Shown: positions 1 through 9,207 of the stretch, one piece after another
How positions within the stretch are numbered: position 1 is the first letter of the stretch
How the letters are laid out: each line of letters starts with the position of its first letter
IMG/VR virus record: IMGVR_UViG_3300012980_000004
Span: 1 to 64,000 of that record
Source: a virus
Reading direction: 5' to 3' (one strand)
Length of the DNA: 64,000 bases
Program-made: the position numbers and the translations under genes
Notes under the pieces: generated by a model
The model's database searches: none
The model's input: the letters and a program-made list of their open reading frames with translations, nothing else
What the model was told of the DNA's origin: nothing

Positions 1-1
1 A

Positions 2-316
2 ACTGCGAGTCCTCCTACAGTAACCCCTGGAACTGGCGGAACAACTGCTGCTAACCTTGGTGGTGGTGGAGGTGGCGGCGCAGGAGCTACCAATAACTAT
101 ATTATTGGCTCAGGTGGAACGGGCGGGAACGGGTCTAATGCTCCAGCTGGCGGTGGTCCTTCTGCTGTTGGAAGCAACGGTGGAAACGCCAGTTCTAACA
201 GTGGAGCAGGAGGTGGAGGTGGAGGGGGAAGTGCTGCTAGCGGTGCTGGAACCGGTACTGGCGGTAATGGTGGTATTGGCGGCTCAGGATTTCTAATCTT
301 GAGATACGTGGCTTAA
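2..316 (+). CDS. C-terminal part of a glycine-rich (putative virion/fibre) protein; 5' end outside window
   Basis: Frame open from window edge to TAA 314-316. Translates to ...NLGGGGGGGAGATNNYIIGSGGTGGNGSNAPAGGG...GGNGGIGGSGFLILRYVA. Missing from ORF track only because it has no in-window start. Confidence 0.6.
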   Translation, partial: TASPPTVTPGTGGTTAANLGGGGGGGAGATNNYIIGSGGTGGNGSNAPAGGGPSAVGSNGGNASSNSGAGGGGGGGSAASGAGTGTGGNGGIGGSGFLILRYVA

Positions 317-345
317 TCGGCTCTCTATCGATAATGTGATTAGCC

Positions 346-2655
346 ATGGCGCAAGTCGTTATCCCTAATCAAAAGCCCCCGATCAACGGCGCGGGCGCAG
401 GCGTGACCATATCCGCCGACGGATTCTATGCTTTTTGGCTTCTCACCCGAGCTTTGCTGGCGTCAGGATGGAAGTATAAAGCCAGTGGCGATGGAACATC
501 CGGTGGTACGAAGGATACATCCGGAAGCATTCTCACTGAGAAATGGGGAGTGGGTGGTGGAGTCCAGCTGAACACATCACTCCAAAGTGGGACGGGACCT
601 AATATTACGGCGAACACTGACGGGACTGCTACAGTAACTTTTGGCGCAGCTAGTTTTACAGCCGGATCAGTTGGTCATTTCCTTGTAATCGCTGGCTGCA
701 CTAATACTAGTGTTTCTCCTCAGCCTAATTCTGGTAACAATGGGACTTTCCGAATTGTTACTTTTACGAGCGCCACGAGCATTAAAATATTTAATCCCGG
801 AGCTGTAACCGAGAATACGGCCACAGCTACTTGGAATGAAAAGCACGGCGCAGGTAACGGCACGATTTCGACAGCAGGAACAGGTGGAGCTACAACTGCT
901 CGAGCCATCTTTACGATCAGTGCCGGGACTCCATTCGTCTCGCCCACTACGTCGCCTGTAAACCGTGGATCTGTCGGAGACCGTCTGACTATAACTGGAG
1001 CCACTATATCGGCAAATAACGGAACATTCATGATCACGAGAGTGATCAGCTCCACTAGCGTAGAAATCGATAATCCTGCGGCTACTTCGGTTGGAGAAAC
1101 GAACAATGGCACTCTCAGCTGGACTGAGATGAGCCCGACGACTCAAACCTATCCCGCTGGTACAGTTGCTATTTCATCTTCAACCAATGCATCGCCCATC
1201 GTCGTCACAATGTCGGCGAATCATAACTTCTTGACTGGTGATACGATAATAATCGCTAATCATACGACAAATACTAATGCCAACGGCAAATGGCAAATTT
1301 TTGTCACTAGCCCTACGGCTTTCCAATTAGTTGGATCCACGGGGAACGGCTCGGGTGGTGCTACTGGCACCGCAATGAATTTGACCACTTCTTCAGGAAT
1401 GCAACTTGGAGCGTGGGAAAACTTACAGGGACCTTCAATGATGAAGATCCCGATAGGCACCAACACACCAACAGGTTCTTTCCTTCGAGGGGAAAGAGTA
1501 ACTGCCACTACTTCAGGAGCAACTGGAACACTTCAAGGAGTGCTAGTTGACACTTCGGGCGGACTCGGATATTTGGTTATCGAGCCGCGATTGAATGGGT
1601 CAGGCTCAGGGCCCCGTGGCTGGACAAGTGGAAGCACTGATACTATTACCGGAGCTTCTTCAGGTGCAACAATCACCTCTTCAACTGCTGCACCTATCGA
1701 ATATGTAAGAGAGCTCGTCATCTGGAAGAATAATCTTTCCAACGGGCATATGTGGATTCAATGCGTAGACCAGTCGGGCGAATCCGCTTCTAGATTCTCG
1801 ACTTTGGCTACTGCAGTAGGCGTAACAAATACTGTAGCTCCAGGAGGAGTGGCTGCGACTTTCCCCGCAGTCGGATCTTGGGTCCTGTTTGGAACTGCCA
1901 ATTCTGGAGCTGCAGGCACTAACTCAACGCAATGGCATAATGTGGCTACTCCAAGCGAATTCGGAAACGTCCATATTCTGTGTGCGACTTGCATTGAGAA
2001 CTCGACTGAGGGAGCCGATGGGTCATGGACTGTCTTGCAGGGAGTCCCAGCAGCCACCGCCGAATATTATATAGCTACTACATTCCAACGGATGGACGGA
2101 GCGGAACAAGGGGACGTAGATCCTTATGTGGCTTGGGCGCCTTCTGGAAATAATACTTTATTTGGCGGAGCCACAGTTACAGCTAATACGAGCAATTATA
2201 CTCCACCCACAGGTGGAATGATGCAGGCTGGTCCTTCTGGCACTTTCGGTGGATTGTGTTCTGGAAGCTTTACGATGGCCCGAGGATGGAGACGCCGTGG
2301 TTTTTCTTCTGGCGATGCATTCCAATTATTCTTCATGGGCGTTTATGGCAACGATGCCGGAACAGCTCTGGTTTCACAAAACGTAGCAAGTCCTGCTCGA
2401 GTATCAAATAATCCAAACCTGACAATTCAGATAAGAGAGCCGATTTGGGTCACATCCACATTGGTTGCTTCTACACCAACAAACGGTCAAATGCGTAAGG
2501 GATATTATCGTTGGTGGTTCGTTACTGAAGGTGGAGCATCAGGTAAGCTCCACTCCAACGGAACGTATATTCAGGTCTGTTCTCAGGTCTCCCAAGGACC
2601 GATGGTTGTTGGTCCTTGGGATGGGCAGACTCCAGGGTTTAACGGTGGTGACTGA
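346..2655 (+). CDS. Large structural-type protein, paralog 1 of a 4-member tandem family (function unknown)
   Basis: 769-aa ORF. Shares ordered motifs with the next three ORFs: WLLTRALLASGWKYKASGDG, LQGPSMMKIPIG, EYVRELVIWK, GDVDPYV, RRRGF, MRKGYYRWWF, GPWDGQT. Virion role inferred from neighbours only. Confidence 0.85.
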   Translation: MAQVVIPNQKPPINGAGAGVTISADGFYAFWLLTRALLASGWKYKASGDGTSGGTKDTSGSILTEKWGVGGGVQLNTSLQSGTGPNITANTDGTATVTFGAASFTAGSVGHFLVIAGCTNTSVSPQPNSGNNGTFRIVTFTSATSIKIFNPGAVTENTATATWNEKHGAGNGTISTAGTGGATTARAIFTISAGTPFVSPTTSPVNRGSVGDRLTITGATISANNGTFMITRVISSTSVEIDNPAATSVGETNNGTLSWTEMSPTTQTYPAGTVAISSSTNASPIVVTMSANHNFLTGDTIIIANHTTNTNANGKWQIFVTSPTAFQLVGSTGNGSGGATGTAMNLTTSSGMQLGAWENLQGPSMMKIPIGTNTPTGSFLRGERVTATTSGATGTLQGVLVDTSGGLGYLVIEPRLNGSGSGPRGWTSGSTDTITGASSGATITSSTAAPIEYVRELVIWKNNLSNGHMWIQCVDQSGESASRFSTLATAVGVTNTVAPGGVAATFPAVGSWVLFGTANSGAAGTNSTQWHNVATPSEFGNVHILCATCIENSTEGADGSWTVLQGVPAATAEYYIATTFQRMDGAEQGDVDPYVAWAPSGNNTLFGGATVTANTSNYTPPTGGMMQAGPSGTFGGLCSGSFTMARGWRRRGFSSGDAFQLFFMGVYGNDAGTALVSQNVASPARVSNNPNLTIQIREPIWVTSTLVASTPTNGQMRKGYYRWWFVTEGGASGKLHSNGTYIQVCSQVSQGPMVVGPWDGQTPGFNGGD

Positions 2656-4376
2656 TGCCCGACGTACAAGTTGAAAATTTCGTCCCGAATACAGCGAATG
2701 ACACGTTTAACGTGCATTGGAAGCTCACTCGTGCTCTAAAAGCATCTGGTTGGCGTTACAAAGCCAGTTCAGATGGGACTACCAAAGACACCACAGGCAA
2801 TCCTGCTAATGACAAATGGGGCGGTGGAGTCACGGTTCAAGGACCTACGACTGCTGCCTTTACTATTGGAGCCGCATCGTCAACTTCTTTCGGTGGACGC
2901 TCTACTTTAACGGGCTTGGCGGGGTTCACTTCTGCTTCTCCGGGTCACTTTCTAACTATCACAGGTGCTACTAACGCTGCGAATAATGGGACGTGGCTTA
3001 TTACTAGTTTCATCTCAGCCACGTCTGTTGTGATTGAGAATCCGGCTGCAGTAGCAGAAACGACTCCAGGAACAGCCACTTATACTGAACTCAGTGCATT
3101 AACAGACACATATCCAGCTGCTATTACTGGAACGAGCGGATCTGGAGCTTGGTGGTGCGCTCAAGGCCCGAGTACGTTGAAAGTCCCTATCGGGTCTTCC
3201 ACTCCGACTGGCACATTCCTTAGAGGTGAAAACGTAACCCAAACCACTTCTGGTGCTAAAGGCGAAATCCTTGGAGTCGTTATTGACTCAGGTGGAAACG
3301 GATATTTAGTAATTGCTCCACGTGTCAGTGGAACTGGTGGCGGACCTCGAGGTTGGTCGACTAATCTGATAACAGGAGCTTCTTCTGGAGCTACAGTTAC
3401 GCCATCTGCTACAGTCATCGAATATGTGCGTGAAATAGTATTCTGGAAAGGGAGTACCACTGCTACTCAAGGACATATTTATTTCCAAGTAATTGACCAG
3501 AACACAAGCACTGAAGGTGCAACAACTGCTGCTACTGGTCGATTCTCCACTCTAGCGGCTCTTGGAACAGCAACAGCTACTATATGTCCTGGTGGCGCTA
3601 CCGGGAATCCAACAGGAAATGGTTTTCCTGTAATTGGTTCATACGTCCCCCTTGGTCAGGGAGGTTCTGGAGCTGCTGGAACTGGTTCTAATAATTGGAT
3701 GTCTAACTCGACATCTGTGGCGTCCAATCATTGTTTCATTTTGGTCGCTAATTGCATAGAAGATACTGCTATCTCCGCCGATGGGACCATGACAGTTGTC
3801 GGCGCTACAGCTGCAAATAGCTATATTGGATGGGGATTCCATCGAGTTGATGATCAAGAAGATGGAGATGTTGATCCTTATGTCTGGGCCATGTATGACA
3901 GTCGTGCAGCAAACTCTCGATCTCGTATTCTCGGAAACCATACGAATGCATCTACCGATATATTTCGTTCAGGATTTTGGGTCGCTTCTGGAGTGACTCA
4001 ATATGTCGGCTGGAGGCGTAGAGGATATCCGACTGGTGATTCATGGATAGAGATGGCAGGTTACGCTAGCGGATGTTATGGTTCCACGCCTTTCTATCTA
4101 CAAAATGCAACTAACGCTAACCCGAGCACAGTAGCCTGTGCATTTGTGACTACTCACGTTCGTGAACCGATTTATATCGCCAGCAATGGATCCAATACTA
4201 CATCGAAATTCCGTAAAGGTATTCTGCGTTGGTGGTTTTTAGTAGCTCGTGAAGCCACTTCAGGCACTAACGCAGCGGATACCTTTGACGGAATTCGTTG
4301 GATCCAGTTTTCTTCTACCAATGCTGCTTTGTTAGTTGGACCTGCTGATCAATCGACTGTGCCTATTAATCCTTAA
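2655..4376 (+). CDS. Paralog 2 of the tandem family (shortest, 573 aa)
   Basis: ATG overlaps upstream TGA (TGATG). Motifs WKLTRALKASGWRYKASSDG, GPSTLKVPIG, EYVREIVFWK, GDVDPYV, RRRGY, FRKGILRWWF. Confidence 0.85.
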   Translation: MPDVQVENFVPNTANDTFNVHWKLTRALKASGWRYKASSDGTTKDTTGNPANDKWGGGVTVQGPTTAAFTIGAASSTSFGGRSTLTGLAGFTSASPGHFLTITGATNAANNGTWLITSFISATSVVIENPAAVAETTPGTATYTELSALTDTYPAAITGTSGSGAWWCAQGPSTLKVPIGSSTPTGTFLRGENVTQTTSGAKGEILGVVIDSGGNGYLVIAPRVSGTGGGPRGWSTNLITGASSGATVTPSATVIEYVREIVFWKGSTTATQGHIYFQVIDQNTSTEGATTAATGRFSTLAALGTATATICPGGATGNPTGNGFPVIGSYVPLGQGGSGAAGTGSNNWMSNSTSVASNHCFILVANCIEDTAISADGTMTVVGATAANSYIGWGFHRVDDQEDGDVDPYVWAMYDSRAANSRSRILGNHTNASTDIFRSGFWVASGVTQYVGWRRRGYPTGDSWIEMAGYASGCYGSTPFYLQNATNANPSTVACAFVTTHVREPIYIASNGSNTTSKFRKGILRWWFLVAREATSGTNAADTFDGIRWIQFSSTNAALLVGPADQSTVPINP

Positions 4377-4401
4377 TTCTCTTGTACCCCTGTGAGGTGA
4401 C

Positions 4402-6393
4402 ATGAGTCACGTTGTCGTCCCCAATAATCAATTATTCAACTCCAGCGAGCCTTTTAACGGATACTGGAAGTTGACGAGGGCGATGCTCGCTGCTGGGTGG
4501 AAATATAAAGCGAGTGCGGATGCCACAGGTGCAGCTAAAGAAACAACCGGAAACTTTGCTCTTGATCGATGGGGTGTAGGTGGTGGAACTAATCTAACGA
4601 CTGTCGGTGGACAATCTGGAACTTCGCCAACATTTGGCACTCCAGCAAATGGATTGTCGACGATTACCGGGCTCACGGGAATGAGCTCTACGCTCTCCCC
4701 GGGCCGATTTCTCACTTTTGCTGGAGCAATAAACGCCGGTAATAACGGAACCTTTAAAATTCAGGCGTTCGTATCTGCAACTTCAGTTACTATTTTCAAT
4801 CCGAGCGCGGTCTCTGAAGTGGGAACTGCTACTACCACTTGGAAAGAACAACAAGGCGGAGCTACAGCCTCTATTACAGCAGCAGGAACTGGTGGAGCTA
4901 TTGCTGGTCGAGCCATAGTTTCTGGCCTGACTGGAATGCTGGCTCCAACTACGGCTCCGTTGAGCCGAGGTTCCGTAGGCGACCGAATCACGATCATTGG
5001 AGCCGCGACTGGTGCAAATAACGGCACCTTCATGATTACTCGAGTGATTTCTAGTACATCGGTAGAAATTGATAATTCTGCAGCTGTAACTGATGCAAAT
5101 AACGGAACCATTACTTGGGTTGAAATCAGTCCGCTTCTTCAAGTCTACGGGACTCATCTCCAAGGTGCTACTGGACTGGGTGCTTGGATAAACCTGCAGG
5201 GACCTTCAACTATGAAGATCCCTGTTGGAACAAATGTTCCTACTGGAACATTTGTCAAAGGCGAAAACGTCACCCAAACGACTTCAGGAGCACAGGGTGC
5301 AATTATCGGAGTCCTCCTCGATTCTGCTGGAGGGAATGGATATTTAGTCATAGAGCCACGTATAAGTGGAACTGGCGGCGGACCTCGAGGTTGGACCAAC
5401 AGTGGGACTGATACTATTACTGGAGCTACATCAGCCGCCACAATAACTTCGACGGCCGGTCCTCCTGTCGAATATGTTCGTGAGATGGTGATTTGGAAGA
5501 ATACTGCTTCAACCGGTCATATTTATATTCAAGCGGTTGATCAATCGAGCGAGTCTGCTTCTCGGTTTTCTGTTCTTGCAGGAACCGCTGGTACAACCAC
5601 TGCTATTTGTCCAGGCGGAGCAACAGGTACTTTCCCATTAGTGGGCTCATGGGTTCCTTTAGGAACTGGTGGAAGCAACGCAGCAGGAACCGGGTCTGCT
5701 TTCTGGAATTTATCTAGTCAAATCACATTTTTAGGTAACTTCCATCTTATTTGTGCTAATAATATTGAAGGCACTGGTGTGAGCGCGGATGGTTCGTGGC
5801 TTATAGCTCAAGGAACTCCAAGCAACACCCCAGGTTCATACCTGGGTATGCTTTATTCGCGGGTAGAAGATGGTGAAGAAGGTGATGTTGATCCATACGT
5901 AACTTGGGCTACCCCTGGTTCTGGCGGATCGGCATACGCTATGACTGGTTCAACTAGGACCACAAACACCAATGCCACAACTAACGTTGACGTGTTTGCT
6001 ATAGGAAATAACGTCACTCTGGCGAATTATACTCCCTACAAAGGATATAGACGGCGAGGATTTGCCACCAGTGATGCTTATCAAGAATTTCAAGGATATA
6101 ACCTTGGATCAGCTAATAATGCGGGTTCAGCAGCCGTCCTTGCGAACGTCCAATATCCGGGTCGCGTTGCTACCCAAGCCACTGCAAACGTTATGGTTCG
6201 AGAGGCCGTCTGGTGCGTCTCCACTCAGATAGGTAATAAGATGAGGAAGGGTTACCTTCGATGGCTTTGGACTGTTGAAGGAGGAGTGGCCAATGCTACT
6301 TACTCCAACGGCACCTGGGTCCAACTTTCTACTACCAATGGTTCAGTAGTTGCTGGTCCTTGGGATGGACAGACGATTCCCACCAACGCTTGA
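4402..6393 (+). CDS. Paralog 3 of the tandem family (663 aa)
   Basis: Motifs WKLTRAMLAAGWKYKASADA, LQGPSTMKIPVG, EYVREMVIWK, GDVDPYV, RRRGF, MRKGYLRWLW, GPWDGQTIPTNA. Confidence 0.85.
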   Translation: MSHVVVPNNQLFNSSEPFNGYWKLTRAMLAAGWKYKASADATGAAKETTGNFALDRWGVGGGTNLTTVGGQSGTSPTFGTPANGLSTITGLTGMSSTLSPGRFLTFAGAINAGNNGTFKIQAFVSATSVTIFNPSAVSEVGTATTTWKEQQGGATASITAAGTGGAIAGRAIVSGLTGMLAPTTAPLSRGSVGDRITIIGAATGANNGTFMITRVISSTSVEIDNSAAVTDANNGTITWVEISPLLQVYGTHLQGATGLGAWINLQGPSTMKIPVGTNVPTGTFVKGENVTQTTSGAQGAIIGVLLDSAGGNGYLVIEPRISGTGGGPRGWTNSGTDTITGATSAATITSTAGPPVEYVREMVIWKNTASTGHIYIQAVDQSSESASRFSVLAGTAGTTTAICPGGATGTFPLVGSWVPLGTGGSNAAGTGSAFWNLSSQITFLGNFHLICANNIEGTGVSADGSWLIAQGTPSNTPGSYLGMLYSRVEDGEEGDVDPYVTWATPGSGGSAYAMTGSTRTTNTNATTNVDVFAIGNNVTLANYTPYKGYRRRGFATSDAYQEFQGYNLGSANNAGSAAVLANVQYPGRVATQATANVMVREAVWCVSTQIGNKMRKGYLRWLWTVEGGVANATYSNGTWVQLSTTNGSVVAGPWDGQTIPTNA

Positions 6394-6402
6394 GAAACAA
6401 TT

Positions 6403-8640
6403 ATGCCGAATATCGTCATCCCTAACACAGTTTTGAACGCATCGGGCGAGAAATTCCATGCCATATGGAAGCTCACCCGTGGACTGCTAGCTGCTGGATG
6501 GAAGTATAAGGCAAGTTCCGATGGAGTCACGAAAGAAGCTGGTACCGGAGACTCTTCCAAGGACATGTGGTCTGTCAGTGGATACATCAATTTATCCACT
6601 GTTCCCGCTCAGACCGGAACCGCTGCCAGTTTGCTTACATATACAAATGGATTTGTCACTGTTCAAGGTCTGACCGGAATGACGGCCAACAGCGTTGGTC
6701 GAGTCCTTACTATTTCGGGAGATACTGATGCGACGGATAACGGAAGCTTCCGTATTGCAACATTCATCTCAGCTTCATCTGTAACTATCTATAATCCGAA
6801 CTTCTTCACTCTTGCTGTTACAACTACTACCGGAAACGGCGTAAGTCCTATCGTAGTTACTACCTCGAGCACAGTTGGCATGACCTCGGGTCAGCAGGTT
6901 GGTATCTCTGGAGTCAACGGAAATACAGCGGCAAACGGAATTTGGACTATCACAGTTGTCAATTCGACCCAATTCAGCCTTAATGGTTCTACTGGAAACG
7001 GTGCATACACAAGCGGCGGCATTATTGGAACCGATGCTGCAAATGGAGCGATTACTTGGAAGGAACAATATGGTGGTGCTGCAGCTAGCGTAACCACCGT
7101 TTTAAATGGTATCGCGACGCTAACTGGCTTGACAGGCATGACCACAGCATCCGTGGGTCATCGAATTACGATCAGTGGAGCTGCGTCTGCTGGAAATAAT
7201 GGAACATTCATCATTGCATCGTTCATTTCAGCGACTTCTGTTACCATTCAGAATGCATCTGCTGTAGCTGGTGATGCTAATAACGGATTGATCAACTGGA
7301 CTGAACGGGACCCAGCGCAGGATCTTTATCCTGCTTCAATATCTGCCGCTTCTGGAACAGGAGCTTGGTTGAATCTACAAGGACCAAGCACTTTAAAAAT
7401 TCCGATTGGATCAACTGTCCCTAACCCTGCTTTTTTAAAGGGAGAAAAAATAACTCAATCCGCTACTGGTGCGGAAGGAGAAATTATAGGGGTAGTTACT
7501 GATTCTTCAAATGCTGGTGGATTCCTGGTCATTGCTCCGCGAGTCCAAGGCAGTGGCGCCGGAGGAAGAGGATGGGACACATCAATTATTACAGCCAGTG
7601 CAGTCCCGACTGGATCTGGTGCCTCAGTCACTCCTTCTGGAACGGCAGTCGAATACATTCGTGAAATAGTATGGTGGAAAGATACTGCTACTACTGGTCA
7701 TATTTATTATCAATGCATCGATCCTGTTAGTGAAGGTGTCACTGCAGCTGCTACAGGAAGGTTCTCTACTCTTGCTTCTCTAGGAACAGCTACCGCAGTC
7801 GTTGCTCCTGGTGGAGCTACAGGTAATCCTACTGTGAATGGATTCCCAATCACTGGAACACTAGCTATAGTTGGTACCGGAGGATCTGGTGCTCACGGTA
7901 CAGGATCCACCGACTGGTTCAGTATTTCATCTTCCCCAAGCGGATTGATCCAAGTTATTTGTGCGAATAATATTGAAGTCACAGGTTCTAGCGCTGATGG
8001 ATCATGGACTGTCGCTATAGGCTCTTCCACCGTCGGAAACAACTTATTTGTCGGCAATTGCTTTATGCGATTGGATGATATTGAAGACGGAGATGTTGAT
8101 CCATATGTTCTTGGTTATCCAGCGAACGCAACCGCTTACAATAGGTCTCGTACAGGTGGAACTACCGCCTTAACCACGAACGACGCATTCGCAGCGAACG
8201 TCTATGTTCAAGGAACAAACACAACTGCCTTCGTAGGATTCCGACGCCGAGGATTTGCTGTAGGAGATGTATTTCAAGAATTCGGTGGATTCGCTTTAAA
8301 TACTGCTAATAGTTCGAATTCAGCTTCGAGCGGTGGAGGCCAAACCAATTCCTTCGGGTTCCCTGATGCTGTTGCATGCACATTTGTGTCGCCAGCTCCT
8401 CGAGTGAGAGAGCCAATTTGGATAATGTCTGTTTCTTTAAACACTGGACAGACATCTATTCAAGGTACGAAAATGCGCAAGGGGACATTACGATGGTGGT
8501 ACTTGGTTCAAGGCGGCCAAGGGACAGATACACTAGATGGAAAACGATGGATTCAACTTGGAGGCGGAAACACGATCGCTACCAACTCTCCCATCGTAGT
8601 TGGTCCTTGGGATCAGACAACCGTCCCTCTTAACGGATAA
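6403..8640 (+). CDS. Paralog 4 of the tandem family (745 aa)
   Basis: Motifs WKLTRGLLAAGWKYKASSDG, LQGPSTLKIPIG, EYIREIVWWK, GDVDPYV, RRRGF, MRKGTLRWWY, GPWDQTTVPLNG. Confidence 0.85.
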   Translation: MPNIVIPNTVLNASGEKFHAIWKLTRGLLAAGWKYKASSDGVTKEAGTGDSSKDMWSVSGYINLSTVPAQTGTAASLLTYTNGFVTVQGLTGMTANSVGRVLTISGDTDATDNGSFRIATFISASSVTIYNPNFFTLAVTTTTGNGVSPIVVTTSSTVGMTSGQQVGISGVNGNTAANGIWTITVVNSTQFSLNGSTGNGAYTSGGIIGTDAANGAITWKEQYGGAAASVTTVLNGIATLTGLTGMTTASVGHRITISGAASAGNNGTFIIASFISATSVTIQNASAVAGDANNGLINWTERDPAQDLYPASISAASGTGAWLNLQGPSTLKIPIGSTVPNPAFLKGEKITQSATGAEGEIIGVVTDSSNAGGFLVIAPRVQGSGAGGRGWDTSIITASAVPTGSGASVTPSGTAVEYIREIVWWKDTATTGHIYYQCIDPVSEGVTAAATGRFSTLASLGTATAVVAPGGATGNPTVNGFPITGTLAIVGTGGSGAHGTGSTDWFSISSSPSGLIQVICANNIEVTGSSADGSWTVAIGSSTVGNNLFVGNCFMRLDDIEDGDVDPYVLGYPANATAYNRSRTGGTTALTTNDAFAANVYVQGTNTTAFVGFRRRGFAVGDVFQEFGGFALNTANSSNSASSGGGQTNSFGFPDAVACTFVSPAPRVREPIWIMSVSLNTGQTSIQGTKMRKGTLRWWYLVQGGQGTDTLDGKRWIQLGGGNTIATNSPIVVGPWDQTTVPLNG

Positions 8641-8643
8641 TCC

Positions 8644-9207
8644 ATGGCTGATCAAGGCGCATCAGAACGACGCAGCACTGAGTCCAGCATTACTACTGCT
8701 GGTCAGACTAGTTCTCTTTGGACTACAACCAGCCCTGCGACTCCGCAAGGACTATCCTATTTTGTAACTAATCTTCTTCCAGAGATCGGGAATGACTCTG
8801 CATCCGCTCAATCACGTCTTCGTGAGACGTTGATCACCAATTTAGGAGTCGCTGCGGAAGTTTCATCCAATCGTGGAACTTCATACTCGAATACTCCTAT
8901 CGGCACTAAAGACGCTCATGATCTTAATGCATTCGATTTACGAGCCAAAGAGGCTTTATTTAGTAGGTTAGGTACTCAAACAACTGAGACTTCGGCTCGG
9001 GGAACTTCATACGTTAATCTCCCCATCGGTCAAGAATCTGCTATATTTACTAATTTCTTATACAAACTCCGAGCTCAAGACTCGGGCAATGCAAATGCGT
9101 ACGTTTATTGGGTGTCGCTCGTACCAACAGTGCAGAGCGCAAACGTTCCCTTCATAGGCCCGCTGATCAATCTTGTAGTTATGGCGGTCTGGCAACAAGG
9201 CCATTGA
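8644..9207 (+). CDS. Hypothetical protein with internal duplication
   Basis: 187-aa ORF 3 nt after paralog 4. Internal repeat NRGTSYSNTPIG / ARGTSYVNLPIG. No recognised domain. Confidence 0.6.
   Translation: MADQGASERRSTESSITTAGQTSSLWTTTSPATPQGLSYFVTNLLPEIGNDSASAQSRLRETLITNLGVAAEVSSNRGTSYSNTPIGTKDAHDLNAFDLRAKEALFSRLGTQTTETSARGTSYVNLPIGQESAIFTNFLYKLRAQDSGNANAYVYWVSLVPTVQSANVPFIGPLINLVVMAVWQQGH

Noticed and set aside
57-296. 79-aa ORF in the track at the window start
   Set aside because: It is an alternative frame of the Gly-rich gene. The frame ending at TAA 314-316 is open from the window edge and gives a coherent Gly-rich protein.
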